Shown here piece after piece: positions 37,687-47,506 of a stretch of DNA of 64,000 nt. Both the position numbers and the translations under genes were made by a program. The notes below the pieces were generated by a model. The model searched no databases. It was given only the letters and a program-made list of their open reading frames with translations, and was not told the origin of the DNA. Where the stretch lies: the IMG/VR virus record IMGVR_UViG_3300028591_000173, positions 4,799 to 68,798 of that record; one strand, written 5' to 3'. Every line of letters starts with the position of its first letter. The first letter of the stretch is position 1. This stretch comes from a virus.

Positions 37687-37970
37687 ACGAAAAAATCGAA
37701 AAATCCCCGACAAATCCCACGTCGATTCGCCCAAAAGAGGTCTTCTGCGAATTCAGGGAAGGCGAGCCCGTCATCTATCAGAATGGGCCGATCTTCCAGC
37801 TTGGGATAGTCAAGCGCGTGTGCGGAGGGGACGAATACTTCGTCTGGTACCATTCCGGCGACACCGCCGCAAAGACCCACGCAAGGCATCTCCGCAAGAT
37901 CAACAACCAATACGCATTCCATATCATCCGGCTTGACCCGGACGGAAACGAGAGGAGGGCTTCGGAATGA
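37683..37970 (+). CDS. hypothetical protein
   Basis: 95-aa ORF. Confidence 0.5.
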   Translation: MNEKIEKSPTNPTSIRPKEVFCEFREGEPVIYQNGPIFQLGIVKRVCGGDEYFVWYHSGDTAAKTHARHLRKINNQYAFHIIRLDPDGNERRASE

Positions 37971-38254
37971 AGATCCACGAACTTAAGATACTCGACAAAT
38001 ACGCCGCGGAGGTCGCGCTCGGCAGAAAACGCTTCGAGCTAAGGAAAGACGACCGCGGATATGAGGTCGGCGACCTCATCCATTTCAACGTCATAGCGGA
38101 CAAACCCGATCCGACCTTGGACGCATGCGTCTTCACGCTCATGAACTCAGGCAACCTATACAGGATAACCTACATCCTCAGGGACGTCCCGCAATACGGT
38201 CTCGCCGAAGGCTATTGCATATTCGGCATCGAGAAGCTCGTGCCGGAGCGATAG
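37967..38254 (+). CDS. ASCH/DUF3850-like (PUA-fold) protein
   Basis: MKIHELKI...GRKRFELRKDDR...GDLI pattern. Confidence 0.55.
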   Translation: MKIHELKILDKYAAEVALGRKRFELRKDDRGYEVGDLIHFNVIADKPDPTLDACVFTLMNSGNLYRITYILRDVPQYGLAEGYCIFGIEKLVPER

Positions 38255-38266
38255 GAGGGCCGCGCG

Positions 38267-38416
38267 ATGGAAAAGAAGGGGCCGATCTGCAACGACTGCA
38301 TGCATTTCTCGCCGTATTTCGGGGTGTGCAGGGACAAGCGCAACAAAGGCAACAGGCGCGGCGACGAGACGGCCTGCAGCCGCTTCGTCAGCGCGTGCCG
38401 CAAGGAGGCGAAGTGA
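38267..38416 (+). CDS. small Cys-rich (zinc-ribbon-like) protein, 49 aa, not in ORF track
   Basis: SD ggaggg 7 nt upstream; CxxC ... C ... C ... C. Confidence 0.35.
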   Translation: MEKKGPICNDCMHFSPYFGVCRDKRNKGNRRGDETACSRFVSACRKEAK

Positions 38417-38526
38417 TGGGCTGGGATATCCTCGGGATATGGCAGCTCGCGTTCATAATGGCCGCCATCCTGTTCCTGATAGGGATCGGACTGGGCATGG
38501 CCGCGAAAGGAAAAAGAAGGAAATGA
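38416..38526 (+). CDS. 36-aa single-TM peptide
   Basis: SD aaggagg 8 nt upstream; ATG overlaps previous TGA. Confidence 0.3.
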   Translation: MGWDILGIWQLAFIMAAILFLIGIGLGMAAKGKRRK

Positions 38527-38828
38527 AGGGAAGAAACACATTCCGCTGGATATCGGGCATCGTGGCGATGGCCATGGTGTTCGTGGTTTACTTCGTGGGG
38601 TGCCAATTCGGCTATCTCATGGGAAGGGCCTACGCAAAGGAATCCGCATACAGCGACGACAACATAGAAGTCACAGTCGCCCTTTACGAGATGGACTACG
38701 GGAAGAAAGTCAACGAGGCCATATTCGGGGACGACATCCTCTATCTCGTGCTCGAAGACGGGACGGTGGCGACGTTCGTCCTGAAAGAGGTCGACAAATG
38801 CCGGTTCGAATGGGTGATGAACGGATGA
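38523..38828 (+). CDS. membrane-anchored hypothetical protein
   Basis: N-terminal TM. Confidence 0.5.
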   Translation: MKGRNTFRWISGIVAMAMVFVVYFVGCQFGYLMGRAYAKESAYSDDNIEVTVALYEMDYGKKVNEAIFGDDILYLVLEDGTVATFVLKEVDKCRFEWVMNG

Positions 38829-39187
38829 ACGGGATCACATACCTATTGGTCCGCCACAGAGGGAACCGCTATTCCATCTATTCCCCGGACACATACGGGG
38901 CGGACACCTGGGGCATGAACACCCAGGAAGACCTCATATTCAAGAGGAAGCATTGGTACGCGACCTACTGGAGGGGAGGGAGCTTCGAACTCGACATCGA
39001 CGACTACGAAGAGGAAACCAGGCTCAACGTCGTCCTCGAGAGCAATAACCCCTCTAGCGTGTTCACATATCTAATAAAACACCGCGCCAGAGCCGAGAAT
39101 ATCGAAAACATCAGAAAGGACATCGATAAGATACAGGAAGACTGGAAGAAGATCGACGAATGGGCGAAAGGAGGCTCCCAGGAATGA
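38825..39187 (+). CDS. hypothetical protein
   Basis: internal ATG of ORF 38600. Confidence 0.5.
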   Translation: MNGITYLLVRHRGNRYSIYSPDTYGADTWGMNTQEDLIFKRKHWYATYWRGGSFELDIDDYEEETRLNVVLESNNPSSVFTYLIKHRARAENIENIRKDIDKIQEDWKKIDEWAKGGSQE

Positions 39188-39474
39188 CCAAGGAAGAAGA
39201 GCTGTTCAAGGCGCTGAGCCAAAAAGGCAAGATGGAGACCCTCATGGCCGACGCGGCGCTCCACACGGCGGTCGCCATGTGCATGACCGCGGCGTCGATG
39301 GCATGCGAGAAGCTGTCCGCCGACCTAGCCGCGGGGAAGACCACGCCAGCCGACGCGATGAGATCGGCAGGCCATCTCTTCGCCCTCGTCTGCGAGGAAA
39401 GCAGGAAGAAGATGGAAGACATACTCAACGAAGCCAGATCCATGATGGACGAAGGCAAAGAGAACGAAGCATAG
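39184..39474 (+). CDS. hypothetical protein
   Basis: SD aaggagg. Confidence 0.5.
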   Translation: MTKEEELFKALSQKGKMETLMADAALHTAVAMCMTAASMACEKLSADLAAGKTTPADAMRSAGHLFALVCEESRKKMEDILNEARSMMDEGKENEA

Positions 39475-39487
39475 GAGGAAAACCCAT

Positions 39488-39757
39488 ATGAAGAAAGCAA
39501 AAACATTGATCGCGCTGACCGCGATGGCCACGCTCCTCGCCGGATGCGGCTGGAGCAACAAGCAGATATTCGACTTCGACCAGAAGTTCGAGAAAGTCCA
39601 CGTGTTCGCCACGGGGCACTGCTACAGCATCGAGAGCTGGACCGATTACGAGGACGGCGACCAGATCCAGGTCAAGATCGAGGGGAAGGGCACATGCCTG
39701 TTCCACTCGAGCCAGATCGCCCTCATCGCGGACAAATGCCCGTTCTGTGACAGATAG
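39488..39757 (+). CDS. lipoprotein (signal peptide + lipobox LLAGC)
   Basis: MKKAKTLIALTAMATLLAGC. Confidence 0.6.
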   Translation: MKKAKTLIALTAMATLLAGCGWSNKQIFDFDQKFEKVHVFATGHCYSIESWTDYEDGDQIQVKIEGKGTCLFHSSQIALIADKCPFCDR

Positions 39758-39768
39758 GAGGGGCAGGC

Positions 39769-40098
39769 ATGGAAGAGAAAAGAAGATCCATCAAGGACGT
39801 GGTCCGGGAGCTCAGAGGCAGCGAAGACAGCGTGATGATCTCCGACGCGACTAAAGCCGTACTCGGGGGCATCGCCCTGATAGCTGAGAGATCGCCGTCG
39901 CTGAAAAGGCTGAAAGAGCTCGACGTCAAACTCTATAACAGCGTCGTCAACACCGTATTCATGACGACGGTCGTCAACCTTGCCGCGATAGGCAAGACCG
40001 AGGAAGAGGCGAAAAAGCTCATCGGCGAGATAGCGGCCTCCGACGGCGCGGTGGTCGAGGCCGGAATGGTCAAGTGCGTCGACATCAGCGACGCCTAG
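39769..40098 (+). CDS. hypothetical protein
   Basis: SD aggagggg. Confidence 0.5.
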   Translation: MEEKRRSIKDVVRELRGSEDSVMISDATKAVLGGIALIAERSPSLKRLKELDVKLYNSVVNTVFMTTVVNLAAIGKTEEEAKKLIGEIAASDGAVVEAGMVKCVDISDA

Positions 40099-40113
40099 AA
40101 GGGAGAAAAAGCA

Positions 40114-40419
40114 ATGGCAAAGAAAGCAAAAGCGAAGAAAAAATTGGAGAACGAGGTCATCAACCCGTTCACCGAAGAACAGTCGAAAGTCATCGGCAAC
40201 GTCGTGGGTCAGGCGATCCACGCCGCGGTGTGTCTGGCCTACAGAGGCATGTCGGCGCTCATGGACGAGGCCGCCAAAGGGATGGCCACGGGCCAGCTCA
40301 ACGCGCTCCAGGCGTTCGGCATGGTCTCGATGAAGCTCCACGTATTGGGAGACCTTGAGGCCAAGGAGGCCGGGTTCTCGCTGACCGAGGAGAAAGCCGG
40401 GGAGCAGCCGAAGAAATGA
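40114..40419 (+). CDS. hypothetical protein
   Basis: ORF. Confidence 0.5.
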   Translation: MAKKAKAKKKLENEVINPFTEEQSKVIGNVVGQAIHAAVCLAYRGMSALMDEAAKGMATGQLNALQAFGMVSMKLHVLGDLEAKEAGFSLTEEKAGEQPKK

Positions 40420-40682
40420 GCAGATACGAGCCAAAGCGCAAAGAGATCCTGAAAAAAGGCGAAGACGGGTTCGCGTATCTCGACCTCGAACACGTCGGGT
40501 ACAGGACCGTCGGCGAAGCCATAAGAGACATCCAAAAGCACAAAATCGAGAATTGGGTGATCGTGAGGAACGCCAGTGGGCTCTATGACATCTGCGCCAA
40601 ACCCGACACCGGCGGCGAAAGCCTCACCGAAACCCTGAAAAGCGTAATAGAGGGAATCAGATCGGGGAAACACCGACAATGA
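40416..40682 (+). CDS. hypothetical protein
   Basis: ORF. Confidence 0.5.
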   Translation: MSRYEPKRKEILKKGEDGFAYLDLEHVGYRTVGEAIRDIQKHKIENWVIVRNASGLYDICAKPDTGGESLTETLKSVIEGIRSGKHRQ

Positions 40683-41005
40683 AACGCAAGAAAACGTTCG
40701 AGGTCCCCGACGTGGAAGACTTCGAGAGGATAGTGCTCATGTCGATATTCTCCGAGATGATGTTCAAAGCGAGGAAAGGCCGCGAGGCGGAATTCGACTC
40801 ACTGGTTGCCAGCGCATGCAACGCAATGTTCGAAGCGGAGGTCATGGCCTTCATGATGGGGGCGAATCTGCTCCCCAAACCGAACACCGCGGGCGACTTC
40901 ATAAGCGCGTCGCGGTTCTACTTGGCGTGCATCGTGCCGAATCGGCGCACGATAATAACGGTGGCCACGCTGCCGGAGAACCATAAGGAGGAAAACAAAA
41001 AATGA
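40679..41005 (+). CDS. hypothetical protein
   Basis: ORF. Confidence 0.5.
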   Translation: MKRKKTFEVPDVEDFERIVLMSIFSEMMFKARKGREAEFDSLVASACNAMFEAEVMAFMMGANLLPKPNTAGDFISASRFYLACIVPNRRTIITVATLPENHKEENKK

Positions 41006-41346
41006 GCAAACTTGATTTAGACGACGATTTATTAGCCATCATCACGAAAATGAGCGAGGGAAACCCAGGATGCATAACATTCCTCATGGAAGTGATGAAG
41101 AATGTGGATCAGTTCAGATTCATCGAGATGGTCCTGAGGCTTGACAAGGCGGAGCTGTACGGAAGCCATATCTATATGCTATGGAACGACTGCTGCGACA
41201 GGGACCTTGACAAGACCATCGAAATGATTACGAACATAAAAAACGACGATGAGCTCCGCTCCTATGTCATCGATCGCGGCTATGGGAAAAAATACGAGCA
41301 GCAGAAGAGCCCAAAACCCGAGCTCTTCGAGGAGGAAGCGAAATGA
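41002..41346 (+). CDS. hypothetical protein
   Basis: ORF. Confidence 0.5.
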   Translation: MSKLDLDDDLLAIITKMSEGNPGCITFLMEVMKNVDQFRFIEMVLRLDKAELYGSHIYMLWNDCCDRDLDKTIEMITNIKNDDELRSYVIDRGYGKKYEQQKSPKPELFEEEAK

Positions 41347-41744
41347 GCAGACTCACGACCAGAATGAGCATCATGGGGCGCAAGCACGACATCGAGGGCG
41401 GCCAAGCGTACCATTGGAAGGAAAAGCTCAAAGGCTATGACTATTCACTCATAGAAGAAGTTGTGGATAAGTTAGGCGATTTGGAGGATATAGAGGAAGA
41501 GATGGGCTGTCCCATCGAAGTCCTATTCAAAGCCATGAAGCAGGGCTTATTCTACAAAGGATACTCCGGCGATATTAAGGAATTCATGCCGGATGGCTCG
41601 CAATTCATAGCTCCTGATCTGCCTAATGAGGGACTTTTGCTCCTTCACGTAAGCGCCTATGAAGACTGCATCATCATCGAGAAGGGCCTTGCTTTGAACG
41701 GTTACGGAACGGAATGGGCTCTGACCAAGGAGGAACTGCAATGA
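41343..41744 (+). CDS. paralog family A member (C-terminal GYGTEWALTKEELQ)
   Basis: full-length similarity to 51977..52330. Confidence 0.55.
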   Translation: MSRLTTRMSIMGRKHDIEGGQAYHWKEKLKGYDYSLIEEVVDKLGDLEDIEEEMGCPIEVLFKAMKQGLFYKGYSGDIKEFMPDGSQFIAPDLPNEGLLLLHVSAYEDCIIIEKGLALNGYGTEWALTKEELQ

Positions 41745-42130
41745 ACCGCCATAAATTAGAGCCGGCGCATACCCCGCCCCTCGGCACTGTGGAAGACGTC
41801 GAGGCCGTATTCGATAAATACGGCGTCAAGGACCTCAAGGACCTGGACGAGAGGCTCGGCATCTACCAGGCCCTCGCCGACCATGACTACACCGCCGTAG
41901 ACAAGCCCGCCTACGAGGCCATGATGGAGGACATCAAGCGCCTGAGGAGGAAATCCAAGGCCTGCGACATCCTCATCAAAATCGCCTATGAGCACTTCGA
42001 ATGGCACGCGGGGATGAATGCGGTCAAACTCCCCGACAGAACCATCGAATTGGAGGCCGACGATTACGATGCGCTCCGCAAAGAGGTCCTGAGATACTGG
42101 ACGAAGCTGGGCAAGGAGGGTAAGAGATGA
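41741..42130 (+). CDS. hypothetical protein
   Basis: internal ATG of ORF 41714. Confidence 0.5.
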   Translation: MNRHKLEPAHTPPLGTVEDVEAVFDKYGVKDLKDLDERLGIYQALADHDYTAVDKPAYEAMMEDIKRLRRKSKACDILIKIAYEHFEWHAGMNAVKLPDRTIELEADDYDALRKEVLRYWTKLGKEGKR

Positions 42131-42705
42131 CCTATTACGTGGTGAAGGTCGTGGCCCATGGAATCACGATGTATATGACCGATGTCGAGGAAAACGAAGG
42201 CCCTTCCTTCAAAAGCTTTACGATCGGGTACAGCTCGCGTCTGAAAAACGCCAAGAGGTTCGACAAATACCTCGACGCGCTCGAGAGATGCGGCAGGGGC
42301 GACGTCGTCGCGATGGTCGAGGACGGGACCGTCACCGACATGGAATTCAGGCTCGGCGACGTGCGCGTCTATCTCGTCCCGATGCTCCCGGAAGGCGTCG
42401 TGATGGAGACCTTCAAGGAAGACAGGGGAGACACGCTCATCCAGTATACGTTCACGGAATCCGAGTGGCTGGCCGTAAAACGCGACAAAGCCGCGTCGGA
42501 GCATTACAGGAAACACATTGCCGCATACGCGAGAAGCAAAGGGATCGAGTCATACCATCTGCATAAGGTGGAGACGAACTCCCGCGGCGCGTTCGATCTC
42601 CTGAGAAAGCAGGGAGAAGGGGAATGCGTGGAGATCTTCAGGATGTCCGAAGAGGACATAATCGCCTCCGGGATCCTGAGATGCCTCACTCCCAAAAAAT
42701 CCTAA
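42127..42705 (+). CDS. hypothetical protein
   Basis: 192-aa ORF. Confidence 0.55.
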   Translation: MTYYVVKVVAHGITMYMTDVEENEGPSFKSFTIGYSSRLKNAKRFDKYLDALERCGRGDVVAMVEDGTVTDMEFRLGDVRVYLVPMLPEGVVMETFKEDRGDTLIQYTFTESEWLAVKRDKAASEHYRKHIAAYARSKGIESYHLHKVETNSRGAFDLLRKQGEGECVEIFRMSEEDIIASGILRCLTPKKS

Positions 42706-42758
42706 AATCCCCGGCAAAACCGCATTATTTTCCGAAAAGAAAGGAGGGCAAAGACCCT

Positions 42759-43007
42759 ATGAGAAAGAAAAAAGACAGACCAAAGAGGCTGACTAGGAAG
42801 GAGTTCCTGACCGGCTGCGAGTACGCCCTGAACCCATGGGCGTCGGGCAACGAGGCCCAGGACAAGCTCGGTCCGATAGAGGACATCGAGGACGAGCTCG
42901 GCATAGACGCCGCGAAGTTCCTCAGATGGGTCCGCAACAACCCGGACAGGCCGATATCCGGCACCGTCTCCGGGCTGATCTCCGCGTTCAGGGGGAAGGC
43001 ATTATGA
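42759..43007 (+). CDS. hypothetical protein
   Basis: SD aaggaggg; internal ATG of ORF 42624. Confidence 0.5.
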   Translation: MRKKKDRPKRLTRKEFLTGCEYALNPWASGNEAQDKLGPIEDIEDELGIDAAKFLRWVRNNPDRPISGTVSGLISAFRGKAL

Positions 43008-43408
43008 GGGAAAGCGTCAGAAAATCGCTCATGGCAGCCTCGTTCGTGGCCGCGATAACCCTGCCCCTCCTCGCGATATGCGGGGCCGCCATCGGGGTCC
43101 GCGCCTCCCACAACTCGGAGAGATCGCTCACCCCGGTCGGCTGGTGCGTCGAGGCGGTGGCCGGCAGAATCGGCACCGACCCCGAAGGCATGCCATACAC
43201 CTATTCCATGATAGAAGGCACGCGCGGGGAGGATTCGGCGGGCTACGCCATCACCGCCTACGCGGCGGGGGCCAAGTCCGACTGGATCTGCCACGTCGAG
43301 TGCCGGACGGACGACTTCTGGTACAGGATGGCCACGTTCGGGGTGAGCTGGGAGAACACCCTATTCAGGGCCGATGAGGTCGCGTCCCTGACTTGCAAGC
43401 GCGTCTAG
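43004..43408 (+). CDS. lipoprotein (lipobox LLAIC)
   Basis: MRESVRKSLMAASFVAAITLPLLAIC. Confidence 0.55.
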   Translation: MRESVRKSLMAASFVAAITLPLLAICGAAIGVRASHNSERSLTPVGWCVEAVAGRIGTDPEGMPYTYSMIEGTRGEDSAGYAITAYAAGAKSDWICHVECRTDDFWYRMATFGVSWENTLFRADEVASLTCKRV

Positions 43409-43482
43409 GGTGTGCCATAATGGGATCCCCAGGTTATCCCCCACCCGTCCTATGCGGGATGGGCATCTGAAAGGGCTGCGCC

Positions 43483-43506
43483 GAGAGCGCGGCTCTTTTT
43501 TGTTTG
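43483..43506 (+). terminator. hairpin GAGAGC-GCG-GCTCTT + TTTTTGTTTG
   Basis: short stem, strong T tract. Confidence 0.45.
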
Positions 43507-43531
43507 CTTTATCATAATTCCAAAAAAACGC

Positions 43532-43560
43532 TTGACTTATATGAATGGAAGAGCGAAAAT
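43532..43560 (+). promoter_or_regulatory. promoter-like TTGACT-N17-GAAAAT
   Basis: weaker -10. Confidence 0.35.
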
Positions 43561-43595
43561 GTCACCGAACCGAAAAAGGAGAAACCGAAATCACA

Positions 43596-43805
43596 ATGAA
43601 AGACGAGAACAAGCAAAGCATCGACAGCCGCGTCGCCATCTATCTCAATGACGACAAGACCTATACGGTCCGCAGAGCCGATAAGGGCTGGACCATACAA
43701 AGCGGCATCAAGACGCCGGATGAGGCGCTCGCCATCAAGAGAGCGTACGTCTTCGGATACATCGACGGCAGAGAGGAAACCAAGGAGGAGCCGAAACAAC
43801 AATGA
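43596..43805 (+). CDS. hypothetical protein
   Basis: internal ATG of ORF 43545. Confidence 0.45.
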   Translation: MKDENKQSIDSRVAIYLNDDKTYTVRRADKGWTIQSGIKTPDEALAIKRAYVFGYIDGREETKEEPKQQ

Positions 43806-44467
43806 ACGAGAATTACGAAAGGGCGATAGCCTTAGCCGAGAGGCTTAAAAACGAGGGGTGGGCCATCCACTCCATCGACGTCGACAAGAGAGAAGTCAAC
43901 ATCAGCAAATACTACGCGAGCCTATCAGTGTGGTTCAGCGTCGAGAGCGAATACCGCGTCAAGATCAGCATCAAAGACGCCTATGAGAGCGAACATTACA
44001 GATACGCCGAATCAGACGAAAACGGCTTCATCGAGACCATCGTCAAGATGCTCAAAGAGTTCAGCCACGACAACTTCCGGCTCGTCACCGTCAACAGATA
44101 CGGCAAGAGCTGGGACGGGCATGACAGATACGAGTTTCGCTATTGCTCAGACGGCTCCTCGCTGATCAAGTCGCTGGTCGACGACCACTACGACAAGTCA
44201 TTGGACAGGGAGAACATATTCTCGCTCGAGAGACACGAGACGCAATACCCGAACCCATTGATGAAACTCATCGTCGAGAGGGTCAGCGGAGTGCCTGACG
44301 AGCTCAGGGACCATTACTTGCTCAAAGAGAGCACGATCATCTTCAAATGCTCCCACATCGAGTACAGGGACAACGGGCAAGGCAAACCTTCCCAAGAGGA
44401 AAGAGAGAGAAGGACCTACTACGCCTTGGTCGACTTCACCCAAAACAAGAACGAAAGAAGAGGATGA
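43802..44467 (+). CDS. hypothetical protein
   Basis: 221-aa ORF. Confidence 0.55.
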   Translation: MNENYERAIALAERLKNEGWAIHSIDVDKREVNISKYYASLSVWFSVESEYRVKISIKDAYESEHYRYAESDENGFIETIVKMLKEFSHDNFRLVTVNRYGKSWDGHDRYEFRYCSDGSSLIKSLVDDHYDKSLDRENIFSLERHETQYPNPLMKLIVERVSGVPDELRDHYLLKESTIIFKCSHIEYRDNGQGKPSQEERERRTYYALVDFTQNKNERRG

Positions 44468-44481
44468 GGAGGAAAACGCGA

Positions 44482-45282
44482 ATGGATGAATTCCACAGAA
44501 GGCTGAACATAGCCAACGAAGGCAAGAAAAGGGTCGCCGACGAGGTGATGAGATTCAACAAGCCCGACACCCTCGTGATCGACCTCGGGGCGGGGACATG
44601 CGTCATAGAGCGCCTTCTCCTTGAGCGCGGGTTCAAAGGGTCGGCATACGCCGTGGACCGGCAGGGGAGCGCCCCTGACTGGATGGCATCCGCCCCCGGC
44701 TTCCTATTCGTGAAAGGCGACATCATAGACAGATTCGCCCCGCTCATGGGCAAGCTCCGCAGGAAAGGCAAGGGCCAGCACGTCGTGTTCGTCCTGTCCG
44801 CCATCCTGCACGAGATGAAGAAAGAGGACAGGGAGGACCTCGCCGCCCTAATCAGGATCGCGTCAAGGCACACCGAGGCGAGGGTCCACCTCATCGTGAG
44901 GGAGGCCGTATACGGCCCGAGCATCGGCTACAGCCCGGAGATCGACGACATCGCCGTCACGAGCAACATCGCCGGATTCGAGAGGAAATGGCTCGAATAC
45001 TCCAAGCTCCACAGATACGAATGGACGCAGGACGTCCTATTCGCCAATTTCTGCTTCGCCCTGTCATACGGCGCCGAGTCGTGGGCCAGGGAGCGCAAGG
45101 AAGGCAGATACACCCTGAGCGAGACCGACCTGCGGGACTTCGTCAGGGCCTGCGGCTGCCACGTCGATGCGGAATGGTCCGAGAAGGATCCGCTCTACGA
45201 GGCGACGCTCCCGTTCGGGCTCTTCGAGGCCCTGCCATACACGAGCAGGGGGTTCGTATGCCACGAAGGAGAGGCACTATGA
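44482..45282 (+). CDS. class I SAM-dependent methyltransferase (motif I VIDLGAGTC)
   Basis: SD gaggagg 9 nt upstream of ATG 44482. Confidence 0.55.
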   Translation: MDEFHRRLNIANEGKKRVADEVMRFNKPDTLVIDLGAGTCVIERLLLERGFKGSAYAVDRQGSAPDWMASAPGFLFVKGDIIDRFAPLMGKLRRKGKGQHVVFVLSAILHEMKKEDREDLAALIRIASRHTEARVHLIVREAVYGPSIGYSPEIDDIAVTSNIAGFERKWLEYSKLHRYEWTQDVLFANFCFALSYGAESWARERKEGRYTLSETDLRDFVRACGCHVDAEWSEKDPLYEATLPFGLFEALPYTSRGFVCHEGEAL

Positions 45283-45641
45283 GTTACGTCAGGACCAAAG
45301 ACGGAAGGCTCTTCGAAGTCTTGAGAAGCGACGGAGAGAACGTTTTCGTCAAGGATTACGATTACGACAACGACGACTGGTACACAAGAACCATAAAATC
45401 GCGCGACGTCAGGCAAGCCGACTCCATCGAGAGGCTCTGCGACGAGTTCGTCGTGCTGGAATACGGGATCGAAAGCGGCGTTCTGTACGGCAGAAGCCAA
45501 TACATCATCCTTGAGGACGCGATAGCCTCGCAGACGTCGACACACAAATGCTCGTATGAGATCTACGGCGCGGTTTGGACGGACAATGGGCTTATCTACA
45601 GAGCCAAGATGAACGAGAAAGGGGAGTTTGAGCTATTATGA
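45279..45641 (+). CDS. paralog family B member (SIERLCDEF ... NEKGEFELL)
   Basis: SD ggagagg. Confidence 0.55.
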   Translation: MSYVRTKDGRLFEVLRSDGENVFVKDYDYDNDDWYTRTIKSRDVRQADSIERLCDEFVVLEYGIESGVLYGRSQYIILEDAIASQTSTHKCSYEIYGAVWTDNGLIYRAKMNEKGEFELL

Positions 45642-45913
45642 CTAAAGGTTTAAAGGCGCTAGGGAGAATCAGGGTCTTCATGAGCCAGAACTGCAAACAT
45701 TGGAAACAGGATATCGGATATGTCGAGGAAGAGCTCAAAGACGGCGCGAAATGCAGAAAAGCCCTTGAGATCATCAAGAACGCGTTAAAAGAAATGGGGC
45801 TTGAATATATTATCAGCAGCGAAACCATGCTCCTTCATGGTGATGACTTCGAAAGAGAATATAAATGCAAATCAGCAGAAGAATTCGATTTACTCAAGGA
45901 GGCGTTGGGATGA
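45638..45913 (+). CDS. hypothetical protein (lower-GC)
   Basis: 91-aa ORF. Confidence 0.5.
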   Translation: MTKGLKALGRIRVFMSQNCKHWKQDIGYVEEELKDGAKCRKALEIIKNALKEMGLEYIISSETMLLHGDDFEREYKCKSAEEFDLLKEALG

Positions 45914-46128
45914 GCAAGAAATCAATAATCAGCATACAAGATAGCGATAGTGAGCTGTGGGATAAAGCCAAAAAGCAAGGCTACATTTGGGTGAAAACCG
46001 AGAGTGGCTTCATCACCAAAGACGAAATGAGCAATTACGCTAAGCTCACAAGCGCATGGTATGGGGTTTTCCCCTCGCAAAAAACCTACGGCAAGACCTG
46101 GGCCCTCACGAAGGAGGAGCTGGAATGA
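45910..46128 (+). CDS. paralog family A member (C-terminal TYGKTWALTKEELE)
   Basis: internal ATG of ORF 45865. Confidence 0.5.
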   Translation: MSKKSIISIQDSDSELWDKAKKQGYIWVKTESGFITKDEMSNYAKLTSAWYGVFPSQKTYGKTWALTKEELE

Positions 46129-46448
46129 GCGCAGAATCGTTCACGTTCGGCGCGAACTGGCTCGGCCCTATGTTCACAGTGTCGCTGAATCCCAGTCCCA
46201 AAGCGAGGTTTGTCGACAAGTATTTCAGAACGCCAGACGGCGAAACATGCTGCGTGTCGTTCGAAGAAAGCACATGGCTTCTGGCGCAAGATCACCCAGA
46301 GATAGCCAAGACGATACGAGAGCTCGAAAGAGAGCATCTGCGTTCGCTCACTGGATCGGAGGTTGGCAACCAGCTAATAAAGATAAGGGCTCCACGAAAA
46401 GTGTTCGAGAGACTCAAAGAATATAATAGGGAGGATCATAGGAAATGA
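46125..46448 (+). CDS. hypothetical protein
   Basis: internal ATG of ORF 46056. Confidence 0.5.
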   Translation: MSAESFTFGANWLGPMFTVSLNPSPKARFVDKYFRTPDGETCCVSFEESTWLLAQDHPEIAKTIRELEREHLRSLTGSEVGNQLIKIRAPRKVFERLKEYNREDHRK

Positions 46449-46684
46449 GCGCATTGGAATACCTTATGGCTTACGGAAGATTCAGGGACGAAACGGACCA
46501 TTGCTCCGACTGCGAGCACCGCGACGCCTGCGACATAGCCGATCAGACGAGCTTCTGCGAGGACTGCAAAGACTTCGGCGACTGCGGCATACTGAAGACC
46601 TGCGAGAAGGGCGAATACGTGGAGTGCAACAACGGATTCGAGCCGAAATACGACGACGGATACGATGAGGAGGAATCGGAATGA
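46445..46684 (+). CDS. Cys-rich acidic small protein
   Basis: 79 aa, about 10 Cys. Confidence 0.5.
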   Translation: MSALEYLMAYGRFRDETDHCSDCEHRDACDIADQTSFCEDCKDFGDCGILKTCEKGEYVECNNGFEPKYDDGYDEEESE

Positions 46685-47073
46685 GCTGTGACAAAGGTTT
46701 TGCGATAAACATAAGCGGCCACGAGTACCGCGTCGTCTGCGAACGCGCCGTCTTCAGGAAAACCGGCGGATTCGACATGGCGCTTCTCATCCGGGTCTTC
46801 GCCGACGGCAAAAAGACGGAGCTGAAGGAAATCGACGGCTACGCCAAAGAGAAGATAAGCGACTACATCGAGAACACCATCAACGGGCAGGACACGCTCT
46901 ATTGGGATCCCGATGGGACGAACAGGCACCTGGACAAGGCTAGGATGCCCACGCAGAAATCGAAAGGCAAGGCTTCTTTCTCCGGGTATTTGAAGAGATT
47001 CTATTCAAACCATTCCCTGAATGCCGGCAAGAAGAAGCGCGTCATCGTCTCGGCGGGAAGGGTCATTTTCTGA
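46681..47073 (+). CDS. hypothetical protein
   Basis: ORF. Confidence 0.5.
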   Translation: MSCDKGFAINISGHEYRVVCERAVFRKTGGFDMALLIRVFADGKKTELKEIDGYAKEKISDYIENTINGQDTLYWDPDGTNRHLDKARMPTQKSKGKASFSGYLKRFYSNHSLNAGKKKRVIVSAGRVIF

Positions 47074-47084
47074 GGAGATCTACT

Positions 47085-47324
47085 ATGAGCTTTAATCAAC
47101 TTGACATTATCACCGTTCCTACTAAGTCTAGCCCAAAGTTGGGTCAGCTGATGGAATACCTTAAAGGTATCGAACATGAGTGCAGACGTACCATCAACAA
47201 ATACGGAATAGCCATTGTGGAGATGAAGATCTATGACAAATGGCATATCATCTATGACTGGGTTTGGAGTCCTATGAATAATCTGACTTATGTCTATTAT
47301 TTCAAAGAAGGGAGCGAAGAATGA
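47085..47324 (+). CDS. hypothetical protein (AT-richer)
   Basis: ORF. Confidence 0.5.
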   Translation: MSFNQLDIITVPTKSSPKLGQLMEYLKGIEHECRRTINKYGIAIVEMKIYDKWHIIYDWVWSPMNNLTYVYYFKEGSEE

Positions 47325-47506
47325 ATAAGCGCCTTAGGACAGGGAAAACCGTCCGCCTGAAAGACACGAGGGACAACAGGATCTACAAATGCGTGGCTTA
47401 TCGCATAAGCAGGAAAAACTACTGCTATCTATGCGCCGATGAGCATCACAGGCCCATCGCTTTTTACCAATACGAGATAGACAAAGGAGATTTCAAGCTG
47501 CTATGA
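47321..47506 (+). CDS. small hypothetical protein
   Basis: ORF. Confidence 0.45.
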   Translation: MNKRLRTGKTVRLKDTRDNRIYKCVAYRISRKNYCYLCADEHHRPIAFYQYEIDKGDFKLL

